Positions 1 through 16,700 of a stretch of 64,000 bases of DNA are shown here, piece by piece (position 1 is the first letter of the stretch; the number at the start of each line of letters is the position of its first letter). The DNA is from Eledone cirrhosa (Eukaryota): assembly GCA_964016885.1 (NCBI GenBank), contig OZ024740.1:295864001-295928000 (forward strand), written 5' to 3'. Under the pieces are notes generated by a model. The model was not told the DNA's origin. It saw nothing but the letters and a program-made list of their open reading frames with translations, and ran no database searches. A program made the translations under genes and the position numbers.

Positions 1-3000
1 TGTACCCGAGAATATATTATATAGACACTGAGTGTACCTAAGAATATATTATATAGACAGTGAGTGTACCTAAGAATATATTATATAGACAGTGAGTGTA
101 CCTAAGAATATATTATATAGACAATGAGTGTACCTAAGAATATATTATATAGAGATTGAGTGTATCTAAGAATATATTATATAGACAGTGAGTGTACCTA
201 AGAATCTATTATATAGACAGTGAGTGTACCTGAGAATATATTATATAGACAGTGAGTGTACCTAAGGATATATTATATAGATAGTGAGTGTACCTGAGAA
301 TATATTATATAGACAGTGAGTGTTCCTAATAATATATTATATAGACAGCAAGTGTACTGAATATATATTATATAGACAATGAGTGTACCTAAGAATATAT
401 TATATAGACACTGAGTGTACCTAAGAATATATTATATAGACAGTGAGTGTACCTAAGAATATATTATATAGACAGTGAGTGTACCTAAGAATATATTATA
501 TAGACAGTGAGTGTACCTAAGAATATATTATATGGACAGTGACTGTTCTTAAGAATATATTATATAGACAGTGAGTGTACTGAATATATATTATATAGAC
601 AATGAGTGTACCTAAGAATATATTATATAGACAGTGAGTGTACCTAACAATATATTATATAGACAGTGAGTGTATCTAAGAATATATTATATAGACAGCC
701 AGTGTACTGAATATATATTATATATACAATGAGTGTACCTACGAATATATTATATAGACAGTGAGTGTACATAAGAATATATTATATAGACAGTGAGTGT
801 ACCTAAGAATATATTATATAGACAGTGAGTGTACCTAAGAATATATTATATATACAGTGAGTGTTCCTAAGAATATATTATATAGACACTGAGTGTACTG
901 AATATATATTATATAGACAATGAGTGTACCTAAGAATATATTATATAGACAGTGAGTGTACCTAAGAATATATTATATAGATAGTGAGCGTACCTGAGAA
1001 TATATTATATAGACAGTGAGTGTACCTAAGAATATATTATATAGACAGTAAGTGTACCTAATAAAATATTATATAGAGAGTGAGTGTACCTAAGAATATA
1101 TTACATAGACAGTGAGTGTACCTGACAATATATTATATAGATAGTGAGTGTACCTAAGAATATATTATATAGACAGTGAGTGTACCTAATAATATATTAT
1201 ATAGACAGTGATTGTACCTAAGAATATATTATATAGGCACTGAATTGAACTGAGAATATATTATCTAGACAATAAGTGTACCTAAGGATATATTATATAG
1301 AGAGTGAGTGTACTGAGAATATATTATATAGACAGTGAATGTATCCATGAATATATTATATAGACAGTGAGTGTACCTGAGAATATATTATATAGACAGT
1401 GAGTGTACCTAAGAATATATTATATAGATAGTGAGTGTATCCAAGAATATATTATATAGACAGTGAGTGTACCTGAAAATATATATTATATAGACAGTGA
1501 GTGTACCTAAGAATATATTATATAGACAGTGATTGTATCCAAGAATATATTATATAGATAGTGAGTGTATCTCAGAATATATTATATAGACAGTGAGTGT
1601 ACATAAGAATATATTATATAGATAGTGAGTGTATCCAAGAATATATTATATAGACAGTGAGTGTACCTGAGAATATATTATATACACAGTGAGTGTACCT
1701 AAGAATATATTATATAGACAGTGAATGTATCCAAGAATATATTATATAGATAGTGAGTGTATCTGAGAATATATTATATAGACAGTGCGTGTACATAAGA
1801 ATATATTATATAGACAGTGAGTGTACCTAAGAATATATTATATAGATAGTGAATGTACCTGAGAATATATTATATAGACAGTGAGTGTACCTAAGAATAT
1901 ATTATATAGATAGTGAGTGTACCTGAGAATATATTATATAGACAGTGAGTGTTCCTAAGAATATATTATATAGACAGCAAGTGTACTGAATATATATTAT
2001 ATAGACAATGAGTGTACCTAAGAATATATTATATAGAGAGTGAGTGTACCTAAGAATATATTATATAGACAGTGAGTGTACCTAAGAATATATTATATAG
2101 ACCGTGAGTGTACCTAAGAATATAATATATAGAGAGTGAGTGTACCTAAGAATATATTATATAGACAGTGAGTGTTCCTAAGAATATATTATATAGACAG
2201 TGAGTGTACTGAATATATATTATATAGACAATGAGTGTCCCTAAGAATATATTATATAGACAGTGAGTGTACCTAACAATATATTATATAGACAGTGAGT
2301 GTACCTAAGAATATATTATATATACAGCCAGTGTACTGAATATATATTATATATACAATGAGTGTACCTAAGAATATATTATATAGACAGTGAGTGTACC
2401 TAAGTATATATTATATAGACAGTGAATGTACCTAAGAATATATTATATAGACAGTGAGTGTACCTAAGAATATATTATATAGACAGTGAGTGTTCCTAAG
2501 AATATATTATATAGACAGTGAGTGTAATAAATATATATTATATAGACAATGAGTGTATCTGAGAATATATTATATAGACAGTGAGTGTACCTAAGAATAT
2601 ATTATATAGACAGTGAGTGTACCTAATAAAATATTATATAGAGAGTGAGTGTACCTAAGAATATATTACATAGACAGTGAGTGTACCTGACAATATATTA
2701 TATAGATAGTGAGTGTACCTAAGAATATATTATATAGACAGTGAGTGTACCTAATAATATATTATATAGACAGTGATTGTACCTAAGAATATATTATATA
2801 GGCACTGAATGGACCTGAGAATATATTATCTAGACAATAAGTGTGCCTAAGGATATATTATATAGAGAGTGAGTGTACTGAGAATATATTATATAGACAG
2901 TGATGTATCCAAGAATATATTATATAGACAGTGAGTGTACCTGAAAATATATATTATATAGACAGTGAGTGTACCTAAGAATATATTATATAGACAGTGA

Positions 3001-6000
3001 ATGTATCCAAAATATATTATATAGATAGTGAGTGTATCTGAGAATATATTATATAGACAGTGACTGTACATAAGAATATATTATATAGATAGTGAGTGTA
3101 TCCAAGAATATATTATATAGACAGTGAGTGTACCTGAGAATATATTATATAGACAGTGAGTGTACCTAAGAATATATTATATAGACAGTGAATGTATCCA
3201 AGAATATATTATATAGATAGTGAGTGTATCTGAGAATATATTATATAGACAGTGAGTGTACCTAAGAATATATTATATAGATAGTGAGTGTATCTAAGAA
3301 TATATTATATAGATAGTGAGTGTACCTAAGAATATATTATATAGACAGTGAGTGTACCTAAGAATATATTATATAGACAGTGAGTGTACCAAGGAATATA
3401 TCATATAGACAGTGAGTGTACCTAAGCATATATTATATAGACAGTGAGTGTACCTAAGATTATATTATATAGACAATGAGTGTAACTAAGAATATATTAT
3501 AAAGACAGTGAGTGTACCCGAGAATATATTATATAGACAGTGATTGTACCTAAGAATATATTATATAGACAGTGAGTGTACCTAACAATATATTATATAG
3601 ACAGTGAGTGTACCTAACAATATATTATATAGAAAGTGAGTGTACCAAACAATATATTATATTGACAGTGAGTGTACTAAAAGAATATATTATATAGACA
3701 GTGAGTGTACCTAAGAATATATTATATAGAGAGTGAGTGTACCTAAGAATATATTATATAGACAGTGAGTGTACCTAAGAATATATTATATAGACAGTGA
3801 TTGTACCTAAGAATATATTATATAGACAGTGAGTGTACCTGAAAATATATATTATATAGACAGTGAGTGTACCTAAGAATATATTATATAGACAGTGAAT
3901 GTATCCAAGAATATATTATATAGATAGTGAGTGTACCTGAGAATATATTATATAGACAGTGAGTGTACATAAGAATATATTATATATATAATGAGTGTAT
4001 CCAAGAATATATTATATAGACAGTGAGTGTACCTGAAAATATATATTATATAGACAGTGAGTTTACCTAAGAATATATTATATAGACAGTGAATGTATCC
4101 AAGAATATATTATATAGACAGTGAGTGTATCTGAGAATATATTATATAGACAGTGAGTGTACATAAGAATATATTATATAGACAGTGAGCGTACCTAAGA
4201 ATATATTATATAGATAGTGTGTGTACCTGAGAATATATTGTATAGAGAGTGAGTGTACCTAAGAATATATTATATAGAGTGTGAGTGTTCCTAAGAATAT
4301 ATTATATAGACAGTGAGTGTACTGAATATATATTATATAGACAATGAGTGTACCTAAGAATATATTATATAGACAGTGAGTGTACCTAAGAATATATTAT
4401 ATAGACAGTGAGTGTACCTAAGAATATATTATATAGACAGTGAGTGTACCTAAGAATATATTATATAGACAGTGAGTGTAACTAAGAATATATTATATAG
4501 TGTGAGTGTTCCTAAGAATATATTATATAGACAGTGAGTGTACTGAATATATATTATATAGACAATGAGTGTACCTAAGTATATATTATATAGACAGTGA
4601 GTGTACCTAACAATATATTATATAGACAGTGAGTGTACCTAAGAATATATTATATAGACAGCCAGTGTACTGAATATATATTATATATACAATGAGTGTA
4701 CCTAAGAATATATTATATAGACAGTGAGTGTACCTAAGAATATATTATATAGACAGTGAGTGTACCTAAGAATATATTATATAGACAGTGAGTGTACCTA
4801 AGAATATATTATATAGACAGTGAGTGTTCCTAAGAATATATTATATAGACAGTGAGTGTACTGAATATATATTATATAGACAATGAGTGTACCTAAGAAT
4901 ATATTATATAGACAGTGAGTGTACCTAAGAATATATTATATAGATAGTGAGCGTACCTGAGATTATATTATATAGACAGTGAGTGTACCTAAGAATATAT
5001 TATATAGACAGTGAGTGTACCTAATAAAATATTATATAGAGAGTGAGTGTAACTAAGAATATATTACATAGACAGTTAGTGTACCTGACAATATATTATA
5101 TAGATAGTGAGTGTACCTAAGAATATATTATATAGACAGTGAGTGTAACTAATAATATATTATATAGACAGTGATTGTACCTAAGAATATATTATATAGG
5201 CACTGAATGGACCTGAGAATATATTATCTAGACAATAAGTGTACCTAAGGATATATTATATAGAGAGTGAGTGTACTGAGAATATATTATATAGACAGTG
5301 AATGTATCCAAGAATATATTATATAGACAGTGAGTGTACCTGAGAATATATTATATAGACAGTGAGTGTACCTAAGAATATATTATATAGATAGTGAGTG
5401 TATCCAAGAATATATTATATAGACAGTGAGTGTACCTGAAAATATATATTATATAGACAGTGAGTGTACCTAAGAATATATTATATAGACAGTGAATGTA
5501 TCTGAGAATATATTATATAGACAGTGAGTGTACATAAGAATATATTATATAGATAGTGAGTGTATCCAAGAATATATTATATAGACAGTGAGTGTACCTG
5601 AGAATATATTATATAGACAGTGAGTGTACCTAAGAATATATTATATAGACAGTGAATGTATCCAAGAATATATTATATAGATAGTGAGTGTATCTGAGAA
5701 TATATTATATAGACAGTGAGTGTACATAAGAATATATTATATAGACAGTGAGTGTACCTAAGAATATATTATATAGATAGTGAGTGTATCTAAGAATATA
5801 TTATATAGACAGTGAGTGTATCTAAGAATATATTATATAGACAGTGAGTGTACCTAAAAATATATTATATAGACAGTGAGTGTACCTAAGAATATATTAT
5901 ATAGACAGTGAGTGTACCTAAGAATATATTATATAGACAGTGATTGTACCTAAGAATATATTATATAGACAGTGAGTGTACCTAATAATATATTATATAG

Positions 6001-9000
6001 ACAGTGATTGTACCGAAGAATATATTATATAGGCACTGACTGGACCTGAGAATATAATATATAGACAATAAGTGTACCTAAGAATATATTATATAGAGAG
6101 TGAGTGTACTGAGAATATATTATATAGACAGTGAGTGTACTGAGAATATATTATATAGACAGTGAGTGTACCTAAGAATATATTATATAGAGAGTGAGTG
6201 TACCCGAGAATATATTATATAGACACTGAGTGTACCTAAGAATATATTATATAGACAGTGAGTGTACCTAAGAATATATTATATAGACAGTGAGTGTACC
6301 TAAGAATATATTATATAGACAATGAGTGTACCTAAGAATATATTATATAGAGATTGAGTGTATCTAAGAATATATTATATAGACAGTGAGTGTACCTAAG
6401 AATATATTATATAGACAGTGAGTGTACCTGAGAATATATTATATAGACAGTGAGTGTACCTAAGGATATATTATATAGATAGTGAGTGTACCTGAGAATA
6501 TATTATATAGACAGTGAGTGTTCCTAATAATATATTATATAGACAGCAAGTGTACTGAATATATATTATATAGACAATTAGTGTACCTAAGAATATATTA
6601 TATAGACACTGAGTGTACCTAAGAATATATTATATAGACAGTGAGTGTACCTAAGAATATATTATATAGACAGTGAGTGTACCTAAGAATATATTATATA
6701 GACAGTGAGTGTACCTAAGAATATATTATATGGACAGTGACTGTTCTTAAGAATATATTATATAGACAGTGAGTGTACTGAATATATATTATATAGACAA
6801 TGAGTGTACCTAAGAATATATTATATAGACAGTGAGTGTACCTAACAATATATTATATAGACAGTGAGTGTATCTAAGAATATATTATATAGACAGCCAG
6901 TGTACTGAATATATATTATATATACAATGAGTGTACCTACGAATATATTATATAGACAGTGAGTGTACATAAGAATATATTATATAGACAGTGAGTGTAC
7001 CTAAGAATATATTATATAGACAGTGAGTGTACCTAAGAATATATTATATATACAGTGAGTGTTCCTAAGAATATATTATATAGACACTGAGTGTACTGAA
7101 TATATATTATATAGACAATGAGTGTACCTAAGAATATATTATATAGACAGTGAGTGTACCTAAGAATATATTATATAGACAGTGAGTGTACCTAATAATA
7201 TATTATATAGACAGTGATTGTACCTAAGAATATATTATATAGGCACTGAATTGAACTGAGAATATATTATCTAGACAATAAGTGTACCTAAGGATATATT
7301 ATATAGAGAGTGAGTGTACTGAGAATATATTATATAGACAGTGAATGTATCCATGAATATATTATATAGACAGTGAGTGTACCTGAGAATATATTATATA
7401 GACAGTGAGTGTACCTAAGAATATATTATATAGATAGTGAGTGTATCCAAGAATATATTATATAGACAGTGAGTGTACCTGAAAATATATATTATATAGA
7501 CAGTGAGTGTACCTAAGAATATATTATATAGACAGTGATTGTATCCAAGAATATATTATATAGATAGTGAGTGTATCTCAGAATATATTATATAGACAGT
7601 GAGTGTACATAAGAATATATTATATAGATAGTGAGTGTATCCAAGAATATATTATATAGACAGTGAGTGTACCTGAGAATATATTATATACACAGTGAGT
7701 GTACCTAAGAATATATTATATAGACAGTGAATGTATCCAAGAATATATTATATAGATAGTGAGTGTATCTGAGAATATATTATATAGACAGTGCGTGTAC
7801 ATAAGAATATATTATATAGACAGTGAGTGTACCTAAGAATATATTATATAGATAGTGAGTGTACCTGAGAATATATTATATAGACAGTGAGTGTACCTAA
7901 GAATATATTATATAGATAGTGAGTGTACCTGAGAATATATTATATAGACAGTGAGTGTTCCTAAGAATATATTATATAGACAGCAAGTGTACTGAATATA
8001 TATTATATAGACAATGAGTGTACCTAAGAATATATTATATAGACAGTGAGTGTACCTAAGAATATATTATATAGACAGTGAGTGTACCTAAGAATATATT
8101 ATATAGACCGTGAGTGTACCTAAGAATATAATATATAGAGAGTGAGTGTACCTAAGAATATATTATATAGACAGTGAGTGTTCCTAAGAATATATTATAT
8201 AGACAGTGAGTGTACTGAATATATATTATATAGACAATGAGTGTCCCTAAGAATATATTATATAGACAGTGAGTGTACCTAACAATATATTATATAGACA
8301 GTGAGTGTACCTAAGAATATATTATATATACAGCCAGTGTACTGAATATATATTATATATACAATGAGTGTACCTAAGAATATATTATATAGACAGTGAG
8401 TGTACCTAAGTATATATTATATAGACAGTGAATGTACCTAAGAATATATTATATAGACAGTGAGTGTACCTAAGAATATATTATATAGACAGTGAGTGTT
8501 CCTAAGAATATATTATATAGACAGTGAGTGTAATAAATATATATTATATAGACAATGAGTGTATCTGAGAATATATTATATAGACAGTGAGTGTACCTAA
8601 GAATATATTATATAGACAGTGAGTGTACCTAATAAAATATTATATAGAGAGTGAGTGTACCTAAGAATATATTACATAGACAGTGAGTGTACCTGACAAT
8701 ATATTATATAGATAGTGAGTGTACCTAAGAATATATTATATAGACAGTGAGTGTACCTAATAATATATTATATAGACAGTGATTGTACCTAAGAATATAT
8801 TATATAGGCACTGAATGGACCTGAGAATATATTATCTAGACAATAAGTGTGCCTAAGGATATATTATATAGAGAGTGAGTGTACTGAGAATATATTATAT
8901 AGACAGTGATGTATCCAAGAATATATTATATAGACAGTGAGTGTACCTGAAAATATATATTATATAGACAGTGAGTGTACCTAAGAATATATTATATAGA

Positions 9001-12000
9001 CAGTGAATGTATCCAAAATATATTATATAGATAGTGAGTGTATCTGAGAATATATTATATAGACAGTGACTGTACATAAGAATATATTATATAGATAGTG
9101 AGTGTATCCAAGAATATATTATATAGACAGTGAGTGTACCTGAGAATATATTATATAGACAGTGAGTGTACCTAAGAATATATTATATAGACAGTGAATG
9201 TATCCAAGAATATATTATATAGATAGTGAGTGTATCTGAGAATATATTATATAGACAGTGAGTGTACCTAAGAATATATTATATAGATAGTGAGTGTATC
9301 TAAGAATATATTATATAGATAGTGAGTGTACCTAAGAATATATTATATAGACAGTGAGTGTACCTAAGAATATATTATATAGACAGTGAGTGTACCAAGG
9401 AATATATCATATAGACAGTGAGTGTACCTAAGCATATATTATATAGACAGTGAGTGTACCTAAGATTATATTATATAGACAATGAGTGTAACTAAGAATA
9501 TATTATAAAGACAGTGAGTGTACCCGAGAATATATTATATAGACAGTGATTGTACCTAAGAATATATTATATAGACAGTGAGTGTACCTAACAATATATT
9601 ATATAGACAGTGAGTGTACCTAACAATATATTATATAGAAAGTGAGTGTACCAAACAATATATTATATTGACAGTGAGTGTACTAAAAGAATATATTATA
9701 TAGACAGTGAGTGTACCTAAGAATATATTATATAGAGAGTGAGTGTACCTAAGAATATATTATATAGACAGTGAGTGTACCTAAGAATATATTATATAGA
9801 CAGTGATTGTACCTAAGAATATATTATATAGACAGTGAGTGTACCTGAAAATATATATTATATAGACAGTGAGTGTACCTAAGAATATATTATATAGACA
9901 GTGAATGTATCCAAGAATATATTATATAGATAGTGAGTGTACCTGAGAATATATTATATAGACAGTGAGTGTACATAAGAATATATTATATATATAATGA
10001 GTGTATCCAAGAATATATTATATAGACAGTGAGTGTACCTGAAAATATATATTATATAGACAGTGAGTTTACCTAAGAATATATTATATAGACAGTGAAT
10101 GTATCCAAGAATATATTATATAGACAGTGAGTGTATCTGAGAATATATTATATAGACAGTGAGTGTACATAAGAATATATTATATAGACAGTGAGCGTAC
10201 CTAAGAATATATTATATAGATAGTGTGTGTACCTGAGAATATATTGTATAGAGAGTGAGTGTACCTAAGAATATATTATATAGAGTGTGAGTGTTCCTAA
10301 GAATATATTATATAGACAGTGAGTGTACTGAATATATATTATATAGACAATGAGTGTACCTAAGAATATATTATATAGACAGTGAGTGTACCTAAGAATA
10401 TATTATATAGACAGTGAGTGTACCTAAGAATATATTATATAGACAGTGAGTGTACCTAAGAATATATTATATAGACAGTGAGTGTAACTAAGAATATATT
10501 ATATAGTGTGAGTGTTCCTAAGAATATATTATATAGACAGTGAGTGTACTGAATATATATTATATAGACAATGAGTGTACCTAAGTATATATTATATAGA
10601 CAGTGAGTGTACCTAACAATATATTATATAGACAGTGAGTGTACCTAAGAATATATTATATAGACAGCCAGTGTACTGAATATATATTATATATACAATG
10701 AGTGTACCTAAGAATATATTATATAGACAGTGAGTGTACCTAAGAATATATTATATAGACAGTGAGTGTACCTAAGAATATATTATATAGACAGTGAGTG
10801 TACCTAAGAATATATTATATAGACAGTGAGTGTTCCTAAGAATATATTATATAGACAGTGAGTGTACTGAATATATATTATATAGACAATGAGTGTACCT
10901 AAGAATATATTATATAGACAGTGAGTGTACCTAAGAATATATTATATAGATAGTGAGCGTACCTGAGATTATATTATATAGACAGTGAGTGTACCTAAGA
11001 ATATATTATATAGACAGTGAGTGTACCTAATAAAATATTATATAGAGAGTGAGTGTAACTAAGAATATATTACATAGACAGTTAGTGTACCTGACAATAT
11101 ATTATATAGATAGTGAGTGTACCTAAGAATATATTATATAGACAGTGAGTGTAACTAATAATATATTATATAGACAGTGATTGTACCTAAGAATATATTA
11201 TATAGGCACTGAATGGACCTGAGAATATATTATCTAGACAATAAGTGTACCTAAGGATATATTATATAGAGAGTGAGTGTACTGAGAATATATTATATAG
11301 ACAGTGAATGTATCCAAGAATATTTTATATAGACAGTGAGTGTACCTGAGAATATATTATATAGACAGTGAGTGTACCTAAGAATATATTATATAGATAG
11401 TGAGTGTATCCAAGAATATATTATATAGACAGTGAGTGTACCTGAAAATATATATTATATAGACAGTGAGTGTACCTAAGAATATATTATATAGACAGTG
11501 AATGTATCTGAGAATATATTATATAGACAGTGAGTGTACATAAGAATATATTATATAGATAGTGAGTGTATCCAAGAATATATTATATAGACAGTGAGTG
11601 TACCTGAGAATATATTATATAGACAGTGAGTGTACCTAAGAATATATTATATAGACAGTGAATGTATCCAAGAATATATTATATAGATAGTGAGTGTATC
11701 TGAGAATATATTATATAGACAGTGAGTGTACATAAGAATATATTATATAGACAGTGAGTGTACCTAAGAATATATTATATAGATAGTGAGTGTATCTAAG
11801 AATATATTATATAGACAGTGAGTGTATCTAAGAATATATTATATAGACAGTGAGTGTACCTAAAAATATATTATATAGACAGTGAGTGTACCTAAGAATA
11901 TATTATATAGACAGTGAGTGTACCTAAGAATATATTATATAGACAGTGATTGTACCTAAGAATATATTATATAGACAGTGAGTGTACCTAATAATATATT

Positions 12001-13750
12001 ATATAGACAGTGATTGTACCGAAGAATATATTATATAGGCACTGACTGGACCTGAGAATATAATATATAGACAATAAGTGTACCTAAGAATATATTATAT
12101 AGAGAGTGAGTGTACTGAGAATATATTATATAGACAGTGAGTGTACTGAGAATATATTATATAGACAGTGAGTGTACCTAAGAATATATTATATAGAGAG
12201 TGAGTGTACCCGAGAATATATTATATAGACACTGAATGTACCTAAGAATATATTATATAGACAGTGAGTGTACCTAAGAATATATTATATAGACAGTGAG
12301 TGTACCTAAGAATATATTATATAGACAATGAGTGTACCTAAGAATATATTATATAGAGATTGAGTGTATCTAAGAATATATTATATAGACAGTGAGTGTA
12401 CCTAAGAATATATTATATAGACAGTGAGTGTACCTGAGAATATATTATATAGACAGTGAGTGTACCTAAGGATATATTATATAGATAGTGAGTGTACCTG
12501 AGAATATATTATATAGACAGTGAGTGTTCCTAATAATATATTATATAGACAGCAAGTGTACTGAATATATATTATATAGACAATTAGTGTACCTAAGAAT
12601 ATATTATATAGACACTGAGTGTACCTAAGAATATATTATATAGACAGTGAGTGTACCTAAGAATATATTATATAGACAGTGAGTGTACCTAAGAATATAT
12701 TATATAGACAGTGAGTGTACCTAAGAATATATTATATGGACAGTGACTGTTCTTAAGAATATATTATATAGACAGTGAGTGTACTGAATATATATTATAT
12801 AGACAATGAGTGTACCTAAGAATATATTATATAGACAGTGAGTGTACCTAACAATATATTATATAGACAGTGAGTGTATCTAAGAATATATTATATAGAC
12901 AGCCAGTGTACTGAATATATATTATATATACAATGAGTGTACCTACGAATATATTATATAGACAGTGAGTGTACATAAGAATATATTATATAGACAGTGA
13001 GTGTACCTAAGAATATATTATATAGACAGTGAGTGTACCTAAGAATATATTATATATACAGTGAGTGTTCCTAAGAATATATTATATAGACACTGAGTGT
13101 ACTGAATATATATTATATAGACAATGAGTGTACCTATGAATATATTATATAGACAGTGAGTGTACCTAAGAATATATTATATAGATAGTGAGCGTACCTG
13201 AGAATATATTATATAGACAGTGAGTGTACCTAAGAATATATTATATAGACAGTAAGTGTACCTAATAAAATATTATATAGAGAGTGAGTGTACCTAAGAA
13301 TATATTACATAGACAGTGAGTGTACCTGACAATATATTATATAGATAGTGAGTGTACCTAAGAATATATTATATAGACAGTGAGTGTACCTAATAATATA
13401 TTATATAGACAGTGATTGTACCTAAGAATATATTATATAGGCACTGAATTGAACTGAGAATATATTATCTAGACAATAAGTGTACCTAAGGATATATTAT
13501 ATAGAGAGTGAGTGTACTGAGAATATATTATATAGACAGTGAATGTATCCATGAATATATTATATAGACAGTGAGTGTACCTGAGAATATATTATATAGA
13601 CAGTGAGTGTACCTAAGAATATATTATATAGATAGTGAGTGTATCCAAGAATATATTATATAGACAGTGAGTGTACCTGAAAATATATATTATATAGACA
13701 GTGAGTGTACCTAAGAATATATTATATAGACAGTGATTGTATCCAAGAAT
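1..13750. repeat. Tandem block duplication within the satellite, period 6198/6006 bp (about 2.25 units)
   Basis: Marker TGTACCCGAG...GACACTGA at 1, 6199 and 12205. Identical spurious ORFs at 2889 and 8895 (offset 6006). The right boundary is approximate. Confidence 0.88.
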
Positions 13751-16700
13751 ATATTATATAGATAGTGAGTGTATCTGAGAATATATTATATAGACAGTGA
13801 GTGTACATAAGAATATATTATATAGATAGTGAGTGTATCCAAGAATATATTATATAGACAGTGAGTGTACCTGAGAATATATTATATAGACAGTGAGTGT
13901 ACCTAAGAATATATTATATAGACAGTGAATGTATCCAAGAATATATTATATAGATAGTGAGTGTATCTGAGAATATATTATATAGACAGTGAGTGTACAT
14001 AAGAATATATTATATAGACAGTGAGTGTACTTAAGAATATATTATATAGATAGTGAGTGTACCTGAGAATATATTATATAGACAGTGAGTGTACCTAAGA
14101 ATATATTATATAGATAGTGAGTGTACCTGAGAATATATTATATAGGCAGTGAGTGTTCCTAAGAATATATTATATAGACAGCAAGTGTACTGAATATATA
14201 TTATATAGACAATGAGTGTACCTAAGAATATATTATATAGACAGTGAGTGTACCTAAGAATATATTATATAGACAGTGAGTGTTCCTAAGAATATATTAT
14301 ATAGACAGTGAGTGTACCTAAGAATATATTATATAGACAGTGAGTGTTCCTAAGAATATATTATATAGACAGTGAGTGTACTGAATATATATTATATAGA
14401 CAATGAGTGTACCTAAGAATATATTATATAGACAGTGAGTGTACCTAACAATATATTATATAGACAGTGAGTGTACCTAAGAATATATTATATAGACAGC
14501 CAGTGTACTGAATATATATTATATATACAATGAGTGTACCTAAGAATATATTATATAGACAGTGAGTGTACCTAAGAATATATTATATAGACAGTGAGTG
14601 TACCTAAGAATATATTATATAGACAGTGAGTGTACCTAAGAATATATTATATAGACAGTGAGTGTTCCTAAGAATATATTATATAGACAGTGTGTGTTCC
14701 TAAGAATATATTATATAGAGAGTGAGTGTACCTAAGAATATATTATATAGACAGTGAGTGTACCTAAGAATATATTATATAGACAGTGAGTGTACCTAAG
14801 AATATATTATATAGACAGTGAGTGTTCCTAAGAATATATTATATAGACAGTGAGTGTTCCTAAGAATATATTATATAGACAGTGTGTGTTCCTAAGAATA
14901 TATTATATAGACAGTGAGTGTACCTAAGAATATATTATATAGACAGTGAGTGTTCCTAAGAATATATTATATAGACAGTGAGTGTACCTAAGAATATATT
15001 ATATAGACAGTGAGTGTTCCTAAGAATATATTATATAGACAGTGAGTGTACCTAAGAATATATTATATAGACAGTGAGTGTACTGAATATATATTATATA
15101 GACAATGAGTGTACCTAAGAATATATTATATAGACAGTGAGTGTACCTAAGAATATATTATATAGATAGTGAGCGTACCTGAGAATATATTATATAGACA
15201 GTGAGTGTACCTAAGAATATATTATATAGACAGTGAGTGTACCTAATAAAATATTATATAGAGAGTGAGTGTACCTAAGAATATATTACATAGACAGTGA
15301 GTGTACCTGACAATATATTATATAGATAGTGAGTGTACCTAAGAAGATATTATATAGACAGTGATTGTACCTAAGAATATATTATATAGGCACTGAATGG
15401 ACCTGAGAATATATTATCTAGACAATAAGTGTACCTAAGGATATATTATATAGAGAGTGAGTGTACTGAGAATATATTATATAGACAATGAGTGTACCTA
15501 AGAATATATTATATAGACAGTGAGTGTACCTAACAATATATTATATAGACAGTGAGTGTACCTAAGAATATATTATATAGACAGCCAATGTACTGAATAT
15601 ATATTATATATACAATGAGTGTACCTAAGAATATATTATATAGACAGTGAGTGTACCTAAGAATATATTATATAGACAGTGAGTGTACCTAAGAATATAT
15701 TATATATACAGTGAGTGTTCCTAAGAATATATTATATAGACACTGAGTGTACTGAATATATATTATATAGACAATGAGTGTACCTAAGAATATATTATAT
15801 AGACAGTGAGTGTACCTAAGAATATATTATATAGATAGTGAGCGTACCTGAGAATATATTATATAGACAGTGAGTGTACCTAAGAATATATTATATAGAC
15901 AGTAAGTGTACCTAATAAAATATTATATAGAGAGTGAGTGTACCTAAGAATATATTACATAGACAGTGAGTGTACCTGACAATATATTATATAGATAGTG
16001 AGTGTACCTAAGAATATATTATATAGACAGTGAGTGTACCTAATAATATATTATATAGACAGTGATTGTACCTAAGAATATATTATATAGGCACTGAATT
16101 GAACTAAGAATATATTATCTAGACAATAAGTGTACCTAAGGATATATTATATAGAGAGTGAGTGTACTGAGAATATATTATATAGACAGTGAATGTATCC
16201 ATGAATATATTATATAGACAGTGAGTGTACCTGAGAATATATTATATAGACAGTGAGTGTACCTAAGAATATATTATATAGATAGTGAGTGTATCCAAGA
16301 ATATATTATATAGACAGTGAGTGTACCTGAAAATATATATTATATAGACAGTGAGTGTACCTAAGAATATATTATATAGACAGTGATTGTATCCAAGAAT
16401 ATATTATATAGATAGTGAGTGTATCTGAGAATATATTATATAGACAGTGAGTGTACATAAGAATATATTATATAGATAGTGAGTGTATCCAAGAATATAT
16501 TATATAGACAGTGAGTGTACCTGAGAATATATTATATAGACAGTGAGTGTACCTAAGAATATATTATATAGACAGTGAATGTATCCAAGAATATATTATA
16601 TAGATAGTGAGTGTATCTGAGAATATATTATATAGACAGTGAGTGTACATAAGAATATATTATATAGACAGTGAGTGTACTTAAGAATATATTATATAGA

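Noticed and set aside
2889-9077. 60-aa ORFs at 2889-3071 and 8895-9077 (and 23685-23960)
   Set aside because: Chance open frames through satellite monomers or across the element junction, giving repetitive Y/I-rich translations.
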